A stretch of 64,000 nucleotides of DNA, taken from an uncultured Gemmatimonadales bacterium. GTDB lineage: Bacteria > Gemmatimonadota > Gemmatimonadetes > Gemmatimonadales > Gemmatimonadaceae. The stretch covers positions 192,001 through 256,000 of the forward strand of contig CAVPQB010000003.1 of NCBI GenBank assembly GCA_963707505.1, written 5' to 3'. A program made the translations under genes and the position numbers. Below the pieces are notes generated by a model that saw nothing but the letters and a program-made list of their open reading frames with translations, had not been told where the DNA came from and did not search any database. Shown here piece by piece: positions 21,982 through 32,171 of the stretch (position 1 is the stretch's first letter; each line of letters opens with the position of its first letter).

Positions 21982-22821
21982 CTACTCCGGCTGCGACATC
22001 GCGTCCTGCGCAGCCTTTTTCTTGATCTCCTCGGCTTCCTTCCGCTCGCGCTCCTTACGCTCGCGGATGCTTCGTACAGCCTTCTCGAAGTCCGCGTCGT
22101 TGATTCCGCGCTGAGCCTGCTCGAAGATCTCGTCGTGGTTGGCGGTGAGTGTCCTGTTCCGCTGATACGTTGTCGGATTGCCGGTAACGTTGAGCGGCAG
22201 CATCGCGAGGACGGCTGTTGGAATCGAGAACGGACCGAGGTGGATGTACTTGCTGTCGATTCCGTACTTCTTCCCGCCCTTCTCGAACGTCCAGTCGCCC
22301 GGTTTCCTGCCGCCATTTGCGACGCGAACAGAATCGTTGAACGCGCCGATGTCGTTCGCGATCACGCTGTCGAGCCGCTGAACGTCGGTCTTGGGCGCAC
22401 TCGCGATCTCGCCAGGCGCGACCCAGACGCGTGGATCCTCGTAACGCGGCTGAACACCGCGCAACTGTCCACCGCCACCAATGAGCGGACCGCTGGATGG
22501 GCCGATGGAATTGACCGGTGGTCCCTTGGGCGGCGGTGTGACAGTCGTCGGGACTTGCGTCGGCGCGGTCGGCATCTGCACCGCGCTCGGTTTTTTCGCC
22601 AGTCCGTCGCCGCCACTCCTGCCCGGGTTCGGCGGCAGATGATTCTTGGGCTGAGGTAACGCCAGAAACCCTACTCGCTCGACCACCGGCGCTGGCGCCG
22701 GGTGGCCGAACGAGAGGAAGTCCGGATGCCGTGACAGGATTGCCTGAATGAACAGAACCGCGACCACCACGTGAATGGCGATCGAGGTGATCCATGCACC
22801 CGACGGACGGCGGAATTGCAT
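21982..22821 (-). CDS. hypothetical membrane-anchored Pro-rich protein (TonB/TolA-like N-terminus)
   Basis: N-terminal TM with S-x3-H (TSIAIHV), Pro/Gly-rich linker, charged helical C-terminus. Confidence 0.7.
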   Translation of the reverse strand: MQFRRPSGAWITSIAIHVVVAVLFIQAILSRHPDFLSFGHPAPAPVVERVGFLALPQPKNHLPPNPGRSGGDGLAKKPSAVQMPTAPTQVPTTVTPPPKGPPVNSIGPSSGPLIGGGGQLRGVQPRYEDPRVWVAPGEIASAPKTDVQRLDSVIANDIGAFNDSVRVANGGRKPGDWTFEKGGKKYGIDSKYIHLGPFSIPTAVLAMLPLNVTGNPTTYQRNRTLTANHDEIFEQAQRGINDADFEKAVRSIRERKERERKEAEEIKKKAAQDAMSQPE

Positions 22822-22833
22822 ATCTACGCGAGC

Positions 22834-24011
22834 CTAGTCGTTGAACGAGGCCAGGACACGTCCGGCGCGTTTCGCAGCTTCGCGAATGCGCTCGGGCGAC
22901 GTGATGAACGAGATACGGAAGAAACCCTCGCCGCCGGCGCCGAATGCGGCACCAGCCATCACGATCACACCTTCCTGCTCCATCAACTTGTCAGCGAACA
23001 CCTTGCTCGGAATGTGGGGCGGCAAGGGAATCCAGAGGTACATCGCAGCCTTCGGAACGTCACACTTGAAGCCGTTCTCACGGAATGCGGCAACAGCTGC
23101 GTCCCGACGCTCCTTGAAGATCGCCACGTTCTTTGGAACGAACTCGTCGTGTACGTCCAGCGCAGCAGCTGCGGCGGCCTGAATCGCTAGATACGAGCCG
23201 GTATCGATGAACGACTTTACCGTTACCAGAGCGTGCACCAGCTCTTCGCGTCCGCATGCCCAGCCGCAACGCCAGCCGGTCATGTTGTACGTCTTGGACA
23301 TTGAATGGAATTCGAGTGCGACATCACGAGCTCCCTCCACCTCGAAGATGCTCGGGGGTACATAGCCGTCGTATGCCATTTCGGAGTACGCGTTGTCGTA
23401 CACGAGCACGATGTCGTGCTCCTTGCACTGTCTCACGACGCGCTCGAGGTATTCCATCGGAGCGATCGCAGCGGTCGGATTCCCTGGATAGTTCAGATAA
23501 AGAATCTTCGTCCGCGCGAGCACGTCGCTCGGCACTTCATCCAGATCGACGAGGAAGTTGTTGTCCGCACGCAGCTCGTAGCGGTAGGGCGTTCCATTGG
23601 ACAGAATCGTTCCGCCCATGTACGCGTTGTAGCCTGGCTCCGGCATGATCGCGATAGTCACCCTTGTCGAGATAGGCGAGCGCCAGATGCGCGAGACCTT
23701 CCTTGGATCCGATGAGCGGAACGACTTCCTTGAGCGGATCGAAGCGTGACGCCGAACCGTTTTTTCATGAAGCGGACTATCGCTTCACGGTATTCCATCA
23801 GGCCCATCTCGAATCCGTAACGGCCCATCGCCGGCTCACGGATTGCGCGAGTCATTCGTTCCAGTGCGGCTTCGGGCGGTGGCAGGACGGCGTCGCCGGC
23901 ACCCAGATCTATGAGGTCTACGCCGCGCGCGATCAACGCACGCTTCCTGTGCGGAATATCGGCCAGCGGGTACGGCGGAAGTTTTGTGATGCGTTCGTTG
24001 TAGGGAGGCAC
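22834..24011 (-). CDS. class I/II PLP aminotransferase, LL-DAP aminotransferase-like (frameshifts near 23745 and 23660)
   Basis: LPPYPLA, IDLGAGD, LIGSKEG (middle frame), LNYPGNPT, DNAYSE, FHSMSKTYNMTGWR, GEGFFRIS. Confidence 0.85.
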
Positions 24012-24641
24012 TCAGACGGTGTTGGTGACAGGGTTGCGCACTTTACTGAATCCAGGAATCTCTATTTCCACCACGTCGCCGGCGGTGAGCTTTCCGACAC
24101 CCGCAGGGGTGCCGGTTGCAACCACGTCGCCCGGCTCCAGTGTCATGATCCCCGATATGTAGGATAGTAAATCCGGAATCGAGAAGACCATGTCCGAAGC
24201 AGCACCGCGTTGCCGTTCTACCCCGTTCACCCGGGTTAGTACCATCAGGGTTTTCAGGTCTTTCGGGGCGGCCGACTCCGGGCCGATCGCGCAGAAAGTG
24301 TCGAAGCCCTTGGCGCGGGTCCACTGGCCGTCGCTTTTTTGCAGGTCGCGCGCGGTGACGTCGTTGAGGGCGCAAATGCCCCGGATCGCCTTCGCCGCGT
24401 CCGCAGCGTCTGCGTGAGAGAGCCTCGAGCCGATCACCACACCGATCTCACCCTCGAATTCCACCTGATTCGACTGCGGGGGCAGGACAATCGACTCACC
24501 CTCGCGGATCACGCTCGAGGGCGGCTTGAGAAAAAGGAGGGGCTCTTTCGGGACCGCGTTGCCGAGCTCCTTCGCGTGTTCGGAGTAATTTCGGCCCACG
24601 CATACGATCTTGCCGGGGCGGCCAGTGGCAGGTTGTGTCAT
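24012..24641 (-). CDS. fumarylacetoacetate hydrolase family protein
   Basis: KIVCVGRNY..H, LFLKP, EGEIGVVIG, NDVTARDLQ, AKGFDTF, GDVVATGTPAGVG. Confidence 0.92.
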   Translation of the reverse strand: MTQPATGRPGKIVCVGRNYSEHAKELGNAVPKEPLLFLKPPSSVIREGESIVLPPQSNQVEFEGEIGVVIGSRLSHADAADAAKAIRGICALNDVTARDLQKSDGQWTRAKGFDTFCAIGPESAAPKDLKTLMVLTRVNGVERQRGAASDMVFSIPDLLSYISGIMTLEPGDVVATGTPAGVGKLTAGDVVEIEIPGFSKVRNPVTNTV

Positions 24642-24646
24642 GCTGT

Positions 24647-26902
24647 TCAGGTCTTGCCGTAGAAGCGTTGAAGTTGACGCTCAAGCGCACTCCACGCTCC
24701 ACTCATGCGCCTGGCGGGGGGAAGGTCGCGTAGAAGCTCACGGCCGTATCTCTTGGTGATTACGCGCGGATCGGCAATAATGATGGCGCCGCGGTCGGTG
24801 CCCGTGCGGATCAGCCGTCCGAAGCCCTGCTTGAGACGCAGTGACGCATGCGGCAGCATGTACTCGCCGAAGGCGTCACCGCCGCGTGCGGTAATCGCCT
24901 CACACTGCGCCGCCGTCACCGGCTCCGAGGGAACCCTGAACGGCAGTCGCGCGATTACGAGCGCGCGCAGTGCGTCGCCCGGCACATCGACACCTTCCCA
25001 GTACGACGACGTGCCAAGCAGTATCGCGTTGCCGGAATTGCGGAAGCGCTGCAGCAACGCATCACGCCCATCCTCTCCGTGAACGAGAAGAGTGAACTCA
25101 TCCGCCAGATCGCTTCTCCGCAGTGATTCCGCTGCGGCGCGGACGTCGCGATGGCTCGTGAACAGCACGAACATTCCGCCACCCGATGCGCGCGCTACGT
25201 CCGCGATGATGCGCACGACAGCGTTGAAGTGACGCGCCGCATCTTCGTTCGGTGCGGGAACGTCGGTCGGAACGATGAGCAACGCCTGAGACTGGTAGTC
25301 GAACGGCGATGCGAATGCCGCGGTCACCGGTGTGATCGTGCTGCCGTCAAGTCCGAAACGCCGCGCGACGAATGCGAAATCGCCGTCGGTGCCGAGCGTG
25401 GCGCTCGTCACCACTGCGGTCTTCACGCGTGTGAAGAGATCGTCGCGCAGAATGGGGGCGAGATCGAGCGGTACCGCCGTCACCGCGATGTTGCCTTCCC
25501 GTCCCTTGACCTCGAGCCAGCGCACCATCGGCTCGACCGTGGCCGGTGGACGCAGCGCGAGCAGCAATCCGTCTGCTGACGCATCGAGTCTGCGCGCGAC
25601 CGCGCGCAGCTCATTGACGAGCATCACCAGCGTATCGTCGCGCCGATCACCGCCCTGCAACCGATCGCTGACGAGAGTGAGACTCTCTCCCAGCACGCGC
25701 AGCTCGCGCAACAGATCCGTGAGCGCGATGTGGAGGCCGCCCTTCCACACGGGGTGTTGCGTGAAATCTTCGCTCATCCGCATCACCGGTGCCGCGTCGT
25801 TCTGAAGTACGGCGAGCAGTAGATCAAATACCAGATCGCTCTTCTCGCGCGACGCGCGCACGGCAGGTACGATGCGCTGCGTCACGACGTCGAGACTTGC
25901 GGTGCCGAGCAGATCGCGCGACGCCGAAAGGCGCTCGACGAGCGTTGTTACGAGTCCACGTCCGCGACGGTCCAATCTGTTGAAGAGTCGTTGCAATGTG
26001 CGCCGGGACGTCGTGACGCCAAGGTGCGCGGACGCAGCGTCTTCCAGGTGATGCCCTTCGTCTATCACCAGTCGCGTGTACGATGGAATCACTGCAGCGT
26101 CTTCCCAGTTGCCGGCTGCGCGTCGTACCGCGACGTCCGACATCAACAGATGATGATTCACCACTACGACGTCAGCCTGCGCAGCTTCACGGCGCGCCTT
26201 GAACAGAAAGCAGTCCTGAAAATGCGGGCACGCATTGCGTGTGCACAGATCCGGCTCCGCTGCAACTTCGTCCCACACCTCGCCGCGTGGCGGGGTTGCG
26301 AGATCGCTCAGCGATCCATCTTCCGTCGTCTCGCTCCACACGCGAATCTCTTCCAACGCCTCGCTCGCGTCATCGCCGACCAGACTCGGCCCGAGCAACG
26401 TTGCCTGCGCGAGACGCAGCTTGCAGAGATAGTTGCGCCAGCCCTTGAGCAGGGCGAATCGTACATTCTGCTCCGATGCGAGTGCATCGCGCAGAAACGG
26501 CAGATCCTTGCGGACGAGCTGCTCCTGCAGATTGATCGTGTTGGTAGAGACGACAGTACGCTCTCCGTTCGCCGCGGCCCAGCGGAGCGCAGGGATCAGA
26601 TATCCCAGCGATTTTCCAACCCCGGTTCCCGCTTCCAGCAAACCGACGCCGCCCGTGTTGTAGAGCCCGACGACCGCCTCCGCCATCGCACGCTGAGTCG
26701 GGCGGTCCTCGAATCGTTGAGTGAACCGCTGCATCGCGCGCGCGACGGGCCCGTGTGGACCGAGATCGGCGGACACCAACGACGGATCCAGCACGCGAAG
26801 CTCACGCGTGTTGGCGGTCGTGGTAACCGGGATTTCCGATTCGGCGTATTCGTCCAGCACCATTCTCGTCGCCTCGGCGACGAGACTCAGCGGGGCGATC
26901 AT
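24647..26902 (-). CDS. dinG: DinG/YoaA-family Fe-S DNA helicase
   Basis: Q motif R..Q, EAGTGVGKS, KGWRNYLC, C-x4-C-x4-C, VVVNHHLL, DEGHHL, TSATL, WEGVDVPG, QGFGRLIR. Confidence 0.9.
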   Translation of the reverse strand: MIAPLSLVAEATRMVLDEYAESEIPVTTTANTRELRVLDPSLVSADLGPHGPVARAMQRFTQRFEDRPTQRAMAEAVVGLYNTGGVGLLEAGTGVGKSLGYLIPALRWAAANGERTVVSTNTINLQEQLVRKDLPFLRDALASEQNVRFALLKGWRNYLCKLRLAQATLLGPSLVGDDASEALEEIRVWSETTEDGSLSDLATPPRGEVWDEVAAEPDLCTRNACPHFQDCFLFKARREAAQADVVVVNHHLLMSDVAVRRAAGNWEDAAVIPSYTRLVIDEGHHLEDAASAHLGVTTSRRTLQRLFNRLDRRGRGLVTTLVERLSASRDLLGTASLDVVTQRIVPAVRASREKSDLVFDLLLAVLQNDAAPVMRMSEDFTQHPVWKGGLHIALTDLLRELRVLGESLTLVSDRLQGGDRRDDTLVMLVNELRAVARRLDASADGLLLALRPPATVEPMVRWLEVKGREGNIAVTAVPLDLAPILRDDLFTRVKTAVVTSATLGTDGDFAFVARRFGLDGSTITPVTAAFASPFDYQSQALLIVPTDVPAPNEDAARHFNAVVRIIADVARASGGGMFVLFTSHRDVRAAAESLRRSDLADEFTLLVHGEDGRDALLQRFRNSGNAILLGTSSYWEGVDVPGDALRALVIARLPFRVPSEPVTAAQCEAITARGGDAFGEYMLPHASLRLKQGFGRLIRTGTDRGAIIIADPRVITKRYGRELLRDLPPARRMSGAWSALERQLQRFYGKT

Positions 26903-26943
26903 CGGTCTTTTTTCGGGTTCAGAGCCACCCTGGGAACTTAATA

Positions 26944-27018
26944 CACCTGACGAATCATCCGACCGGCCGTTTGCTGCGGCGTTGCGCCAGCAATCCGGCC
27001 AGATGATTCCGTCAGGTG
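26944..27018. other. 75-bp nested imperfect hairpin in the rsmI-dinG intergenic region
   Basis: CACCTGACGAATCATC pairs with GATGATTC(C)GTCAGGTG. Inner stems GGCCG/CGGCC, TTGCTG/CAGCAA and GCG/CGC. Confidence 0.7.
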
Positions 27019-27021
27019 ATC

Positions 27022-27879
27022 CTAACCAGCCGGCGTGGAATCCGGCGGAGAATGCGCCAGCTTGTACGCGACGTTTCTGGGTACTCCAAGCTCGCCTGTG
27101 AGCCGCTCGATAATGTCGCGCGACGACGCTCCTTCAGAGCGCATCCGCGAGACCGTATCCCGCGCCTCGACCTCCGTTGGAGCGCGCTCCGCGGCACCGG
27201 CGATCACGAGCACGATCTCGCCCTTGATCCCCTCCCCCATGGCCTCGCTGAGTGACGCAATGGTTCCGCGGCGCACTTCCTCGAACCGCTTTGTGAGCTC
27301 ACGTGCGAGAGCCGCCGCTCGGTCGCCGCAACCCGTCTCTACCAGATCCAGCAGCGTAGCTGCGATACGCTGCGGCGATTCGTACAGAATCGTAGTGAAC
27401 GGAGAGCGCAGTATCGTGCGCAGCATGGCCTCGCGCTCTCCACCCTTGCGCGGAAGGAATCCCAGGAAGGTGAACTGTTCAGCCGAGATACCGGACGCAA
27501 CGAGCGCGGACAGCAGCGCGGATGCGCCGGGAATGGGTATGACACGCAAGTCCGCTGCAAGTGCGGCCGCGACAAGCCGCGCGCCGGGATCGGACAGCAG
27601 GGGCGTGCCGGCGTCGGAGATGAGAGCTATCGACTCACCTTCGACCATGCGCTTGACGAGGCGCGGCGCTTCACGCGCTTCGTTGTGCTCATGGTAAGCG
27701 GTCATCGGCGTGTTGACGCCAAGGTGGTTCATCAACGTGCGCGAGTGTCGCGTGTCCTCCGCGACCACGACGCTGACCGACTTGAGCACTTCGATCGCGC
27801 GCAGTGTCATGTCACCAAGATTCCCGATGGGAGTGGCGACGATGTAGAGCGAGCCCTGGGACGCAGAAGGGGCGCTCAT
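27022..27879 (-). CDS. rsmI: 16S rRNA (cytidine1402-2'-O)-methyltransferase
   Basis: LYIVATPIGNLGD, AEDTR, SDAGTPLLSDPG, GFLP, YESP.R, RELTK. Confidence 0.95.
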   Translation of the reverse strand: MSAPSASQGSLYIVATPIGNLGDMTLRAIEVLKSVSVVVAEDTRHSRTLMNHLGVNTPMTAYHEHNEAREAPRLVKRMVEGESIALISDAGTPLLSDPGARLVAAALAADLRVIPIPGASALLSALVASGISAEQFTFLGFLPRKGGEREAMLRTILRSPFTTILYESPQRIAATLLDLVETGCGDRAAALARELTKRFEEVRRGTIASLSEAMGEGIKGEIVLVIAGAAERAPTEVEARDTVSRMRSEGASSRDIIERLTGELGVPRNVAYKLAHSPPDSTPAG

Positions 27880-27939
27880 CCAATTACCACGACAAAACCG
27901 CGGTCAAATTGAACGAGCGCCCCTGGGACTGTACGACGG

Positions 27940-27970
27940 CACAGTTGCAACGCGAGTGCGTTGCGCTGTG
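27940..27970 (-). terminator. stem-loop immediately after trxA
   Basis: CACAG..GCAACGC-GAGT-GCGTTGC.CTGTG. No clear U-tract. Confidence 0.4.
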
Positions 27971-27971
27971 A

Positions 27972-28298
27972 TTACGCCGCGTGCTGCTGGAACTTCGCCG
28001 CGAGCTGAGCCTTGGGAACCGCACCCAGCACCTGATCGACGACCTTGCCGTTCTTGAAGAAGAGAATCAAGGGAATCGAGCGAACGCCGAAGCGCTGCGC
28101 GAGGCTCTGATTCTGATCCACATCGACTTTTGCCACCTTTGCCTTGCCAGCGTACTCACTGGCCAGCTCCTCGAGAACCGGGCCGACCATGCGGCACGGG
28201 CCACACCACGGAGCCCAGAAATCCACCACTGCGAGGCCGTCGTGCTTCTCGATCTCGCTCGAGAAGGTGGCGTCCGTAAGCTCCACTGAATTCGACAT
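27972..28298 (-). CDS. trxA: thioredoxin
   Basis: VDFWAPWCGPC, VRSIP, 108 aa. Confidence 0.96.
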   Translation of the reverse strand: MSNSVELTDATFSSEIEKHDGLAVVDFWAPWCGPCRMVGPVLEELASEYAGKAKVAKVDVDQNQSLAQRFGVRSIPLILFFKNGKVVDQVLGAVPKAQLAAKFQQHAA

Positions 28299-28384
28299 CT
28301 TATCTTTCTCCGCGGCAACCAGGCCGCTTATCGTGAGTGCAAAGTGCGTTCACGTGCTCACCTTCTAATCTAATCGCACAAGCA

Positions 28385-28810
28385 ATGCCCGACCCCGACG
28401 CCTCAGCCCCGAAATCCGGGCGGACCGCCCACATAGCACACGTTGGAATCGCGGTGGAATCGCTGTCGGCCATTCTGCCCTTTTTCCGCGATGTGTTGCA
28501 GATGCCGGAGGTGCCCCTGGCCGATTCGGACGGGGCGCGCATAGCGGCAGTGGAGAGCGGCGAGTCGCTCATCGAGTTTCTGGAGCCGGCTGCCCCCGAC
28601 ACCCCGATCGGCAAGTACCTGGCGCGCCGCGGCCCGGGGATACATCACATTTGTGTTGCCGTACCAGATATTCACATTGCCTTGGAGCGGTGCCGAGCAG
28701 CCGGGATCCGGATTATCGACGCAACGCCGCGGCGCGGCGCCGAGGGCAAGCTGATCGCCTTTTTGCACCCATCTTCGACAGGTGGAGTGCTGGTGGAGTT
28801 ATCGGAATAA
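28385..28810 (+). CDS. mce: methylmalonyl-CoA epimerase (VOC fold)
   Basis: HVGIAV, IEFLEP, GPGIHHIC, GAEGKLIAFLHP.STGGVLVEL. Confidence 0.9.
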   Translation: MPDPDASAPKSGRTAHIAHVGIAVESLSAILPFFRDVLQMPEVPLADSDGARIAAVESGESLIEFLEPAAPDTPIGKYLARRGPGIHHICVAVPDIHIALERCRAAGIRIIDATPRRGAEGKLIAFLHPSSTGGVLVELSE

Positions 28811-28888
28811 CGGACCTCTAGGGCGCCGATTTATCCGCGCCCGGCTCCCCTTACGCACTATGGGAACACGATGTGCCGACGGGAGTCG

Positions 28889-29356
28889 CTACATGTTTCC
28901 AGGGGAAGGCGGCGCCATCCCACAGAAATCCTTGACCGCTGCGATATCCAGATTCTCGACGTACCAACGCCCGTTCGGTCCGAGCACTGTGTAGACCGTT
29001 GGCGTCCGCGTCGTGCCGTCGCGCTGCAGCTCGACGCGCACCATGCGGCGCACTTCAGACGTTGGACTCTCGCCAAGAATCCGGAACGAGTTGGAATTGA
29101 AGTAGCACTGCAGGATCACCTCGCGCTTCTCCAGCTGCGCACGATCCATGTTGTCGCGTGCCGGCCCCTTCGACGTACCCCAGACCAGCGACATCGCCTG
29201 GAGATCCTGCGCGTGAACCGCGGCGAAGAAGCGTTCCACCGCCGCCGTGGATGTTTTGGCGCCGGGCGAATTGTCGACCGTGGACGTCGATGGCGGCGCC
29301 GCGGTATGACACGCGAGGGCTCCCACCACCATAAATGCAAGCAGTAACTTCTTCAT
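28889..29356 (-). CDS. hypothetical lipoprotein
   Basis: [16 protein letters not shown] lipobox. The long 5' extension in the ORF track overlaps pdxJ and was trimmed. Confidence 0.75.
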   Translation of the reverse strand: MKKLLLAFMVVGALACHTAAPPSTSTVDNSPGAKTSTAAVERFFAAVHAQDLQAMSLVWGTSKGPARDNMDRAQLEKREVILQCYFNSNSFRILGESPTSEVRRMVRVELQRDGTTRTPTVYTVLGPNGRWYVENLDIAAVKDFCGMAPPSPGNM

Positions 29357-29383
29357 TGGGAAGAAGTTATACTCCGGCCGAAT

Positions 29384-30109
29384 ATGCGAGCAAGCTACCA
29401 GCGCCTTTATGTGAACATCGACCACGTCGCGACGCTCAGGCAGGCGCGGCGCGGATACGAGCCTGACCCCGTCGAAGCCGCCCTGGTCTGCGAGGAAGTC
29501 GGCGTGGACGGGATCACCGCTCACCTCAGGGAGGATCGCCGCCATATCCAGGACGCCGACGTCGGAGTCCTGCGGGCCGCCATCCGGACTTATTTCAACC
29601 TCGAGCTCGCGTGCACCGACGAGATGGTGGCAATTGCGATCGCCAGCCGTCCGGATCAGGTAACCCTCGTCCCGGAGCGACGAGAGGAGGTGACCACAGA
29701 GGGAGGACTGGACGTCGTGAAGCACGCGACGCGTGTCGAGCGCGCGGTTTCCGCGCTGCGGGAGGCGGGTATCCGGACAAGTCTGTTCATCGGCCCGGAC
29801 CAGGCCGCCGTTCGCATGTCGAAGCAGGTCCGCGCCGACGCGATCGAGCTTCACACCGGCGACTTCGCCAACCACCCAGGTGATCCGTTACCGCTCGCCG
29901 CATTGCGCGAGGCCGCGAGGCTCGCTGCCGAGCTCGAGCTTGCAGTACACGCGGGCCACGGCCTCACTGCGCGAAACCTCGGTCCTGTCGCCGAGATTCC
30001 CGAGATAGAGGAGCTCAACATCGGCCATTCGATAATCAGCCGCGCGGTGTTCATCGGGCTCCCGGCTGCTGTCGGTGAAATTCGGACCGCGATGGATTCT
30101 GTTCGTTGA
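29384..30109 (+). CDS. pdxJ: pyridoxine 5'-phosphate synthase
   Basis: [55 protein letters not shown]. Confidence 0.96.
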   Translation: MRASYQRLYVNIDHVATLRQARRGYEPDPVEAALVCEEVGVDGITAHLREDRRHIQDADVGVLRAAIRTYFNLELACTDEMVAIAIASRPDQVTLVPERREEVTTEGGLDVVKHATRVERAVSALREAGIRTSLFIGPDQAAVRMSKQVRADAIELHTGDFANHPGDPLPLAALREAARLAAELELAVHAGHGLTARNLGPVAEIPEIEELNIGHSIISRAVFIGLPAAVGEIRTAMDSVR

Positions 30110-31125
30110 AGAAACACCTCCGCGCGCTGCTCGGTGTCGCCATCAGCGCGGTGCTGTTGTGGTGGGTGTTGCGCGAAGTGAGTCTTGCGACTGTCATCCA
30201 CGAGCTGTCGCAGTCGAATCCGTGGCTGTTCGCGATCGCAGTCGTGTGCGCGACGCTGATCTTTCCGCTGCGCGCGCGACGCTGGCGTACGATTCTGGAT
30301 CCGATATACCCCAAGCTTCCGTTCGGTCCGCTCTGGCGCGCGACTGCGATCGGAATGATGGTGAACAATGTTGTTCCCGCGCGCGCCGGCGAGGTTGCGC
30401 GCGCGTACGTGCTCACGCGGGAGACACCGGTGCCGTTCTCGACGTCGATTGCATCGCTCGCTGTCGATCGCATCTTCGACGCGATAGTTCTGTTGCTGCT
30501 CGCGTTTCTCTCGGTACTGGATCCACGCTTTCCGGCACACGTTCAGGTGGGCGGACAGTCGATCGTGCGATGGGCGCTGGCCGGCGCGGTGCTGGTCGGC
30601 GTTGCGATACTGGTGCTGTATGCGCTGGTATTTTTCCCCGCACAGCTGATTCGTTTGTTCGAGTTGTTTGCGCGACGACTCTCGCCAAAAATGGAAGAGC
30701 GCGGCAAGGCTGCGCTCGTCACCTTCAGTCATGGACTGAGCGTGCTGCGCAGTCCGACGCACTTCGCGGCGGTACTGGGATGGACTATCGCGCACTGGCT
30801 GATGAACGCGCTCGGATGGTGGATTGCGATGCGCGCGGTGGGAATCCACGCGCCATTCTCAGCGGCGCTGCTGCTGCAGGCGATGGTCGCACTCGGCGTC
30901 GCGGTTCCGGCCGCGCCGGGATATTTCGGCGTGTTCGAGAAAGTTGCAGTGATCGGCCTCGCGATTTACGCGGTAGATCCATCGCTCGCGACAAGCTGGG
31001 CGCTCGGCTTCCATATCCTGTCATTCATTCCGATCACGGTCTTCGGCGCAGTGTACGCAGCGCGGCTGAATCTCAATCTCAAGGACCTGCAATCGCAGCA
31101 GGACGCAGAACAGAGTACTGCGTGA
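30106..31125 (+). CDS. lysylphosphatidylglycerol-synthase-TM / UPF0104 flippase-like membrane protein
   Basis: [35 protein letters not shown], about 8 TM segments. Confidence 0.82.
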   Translation: MKKHLRALLGVAISAVLLWWVLREVSLATVIHELSQSNPWLFAIAVVCATLIFPLRARRWRTILDPIYPKLPFGPLWRATAIGMMVNNVVPARAGEVARAYVLTRETPVPFSTSIASLAVDRIFDAIVLLLLAFLSVLDPRFPAHVQVGGQSIVRWALAGAVLVGVAILVLYALVFFPAQLIRLFELFARRLSPKMEERGKAALVTFSHGLSVLRSPTHFAAVLGWTIAHWLMNALGWWIAMRAVGIHAPFSAALLLQAMVALGVAVPAAPGYFGVFEKVAVIGLAIYAVDPSLATSWALGFHILSFIPITVFGAVYAARLNLNLKDLQSQQDAEQSTA

Positions 31126-31132
31126 GCAGCAA

Positions 31133-32000
31133 GTGACGACCAGCGTTTCGGTGCGTGCGCAGGCGAAGCTGAATCTCTGGCTTCACGTCATGGCGCGCGA
31201 AGACAATGGATACCACACGATCGAAACGCTGTTTCATAAAATCGAACTGGCGGACGATGTAGCGTGACGCTCGCGCCGGTGGGCGATCGCGTTATCTCGT
31301 GCAGTGAAGACGTCGGGCAGGCGCATGAGAATCTCGCGTTTCGCGCCGCGCAGTTGTAATGCGGACCGCATCGACTGGCCCACCGGATTTCATATCGAGA
31401 TCACCAAGCGGATCCCGTCGGGCGGCGGTCTCGGAGGCGGAAGCGCCGACGCTGCAGCCACGTTGCTGGCGCTGAACGCGATGTGTCCGCGCAAGCGTAC
31501 CACGGCCGAACTCGCTGAGCTGGGCTCCCGGCTCGGTGCAGATGTCCCGTTCCTGGTAACGGGTGCGCTCAGCGCGCTCGCCTGGGGGCGCGGCGACCGG
31601 ATGCTGGCGCTGCCAGCACTTCCCCAACGTCACGTCGCGCTGGTGATCCCTTCGTTTGGAATCAGCACCGCAGAGGCATACGCCTTGCCGCTGTTGGGGG
31701 ATCGCCGGCCGGGACAGATCACGATGAGCGATCTGACGGACTGGACCGCGGTCGCCCGGCTGGCGCACAACGACCTGTCGGCATCGCCGGTGGCGCTGCG
31801 CCATCCGCTGCTACGCGAGGTCATCGCAACGCTCCGGGCCGCCGGAGCGTCGATCGCCGAGATGACCGGTTCCGGGTCGGTGCTCTTCGGAATATTCGAC
31901 TCGCGAGCCGGATGTGGAGGCTCTGGAGCGGGCTACCGGGTGCCGGGTGGTGCTCACCCGGACCGCGCTCAACGTTGAAGGCGTGCGCCGCTTAGACTAG
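31133..32000 (+). CDS. ispE: 4-diphosphocytidyl-2-C-methyl-D-erythritol kinase (frameshifts near 31261, 31358, 31903)
   Basis: Manual translation AQAKLNLWL..GYHTIETLF, ENLAFRAA, KRIPSGGGLGGGSADAA, LGADVPF, MTGSGS. Canonical ispE-tRNA-Gln-prs context. Confidence 0.9.
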
Positions 32001-32021
32001 CTTGCAAGGCTGTTCTTTTTC

Positions 32022-32092
32022 TGCCCCCTCGTCCAATGGCAGGACATCGGTCTTTGGATCCGAGAATGGTGGTTCGAATCCACCGGGGGCAA
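32022..32092 (+). tRNA. tRNA-Gln(TTG)
   Basis: Acceptor TGCCCCC/GGGGGCA, anticodon loop CT-TTG-GA, T arm GGTGGTTCGAATCCACC. CCA not encoded. Confidence 0.95.
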
Positions 32093-32171
32093 TGCAGTCG
32101 GGGGTACCCCCAAATAGCACCTCTTATTGACCGGCGCCACAGGCGTCATTAACCTTAAAGGCTGTACAAAA

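Noticed and set aside
24647..26902. CasDinG / type IV CRISPR helicase
   Set aside because: It has the Fe-S cysteines of housekeeping DinG/YoaA, and there are no cas genes or array nearby.
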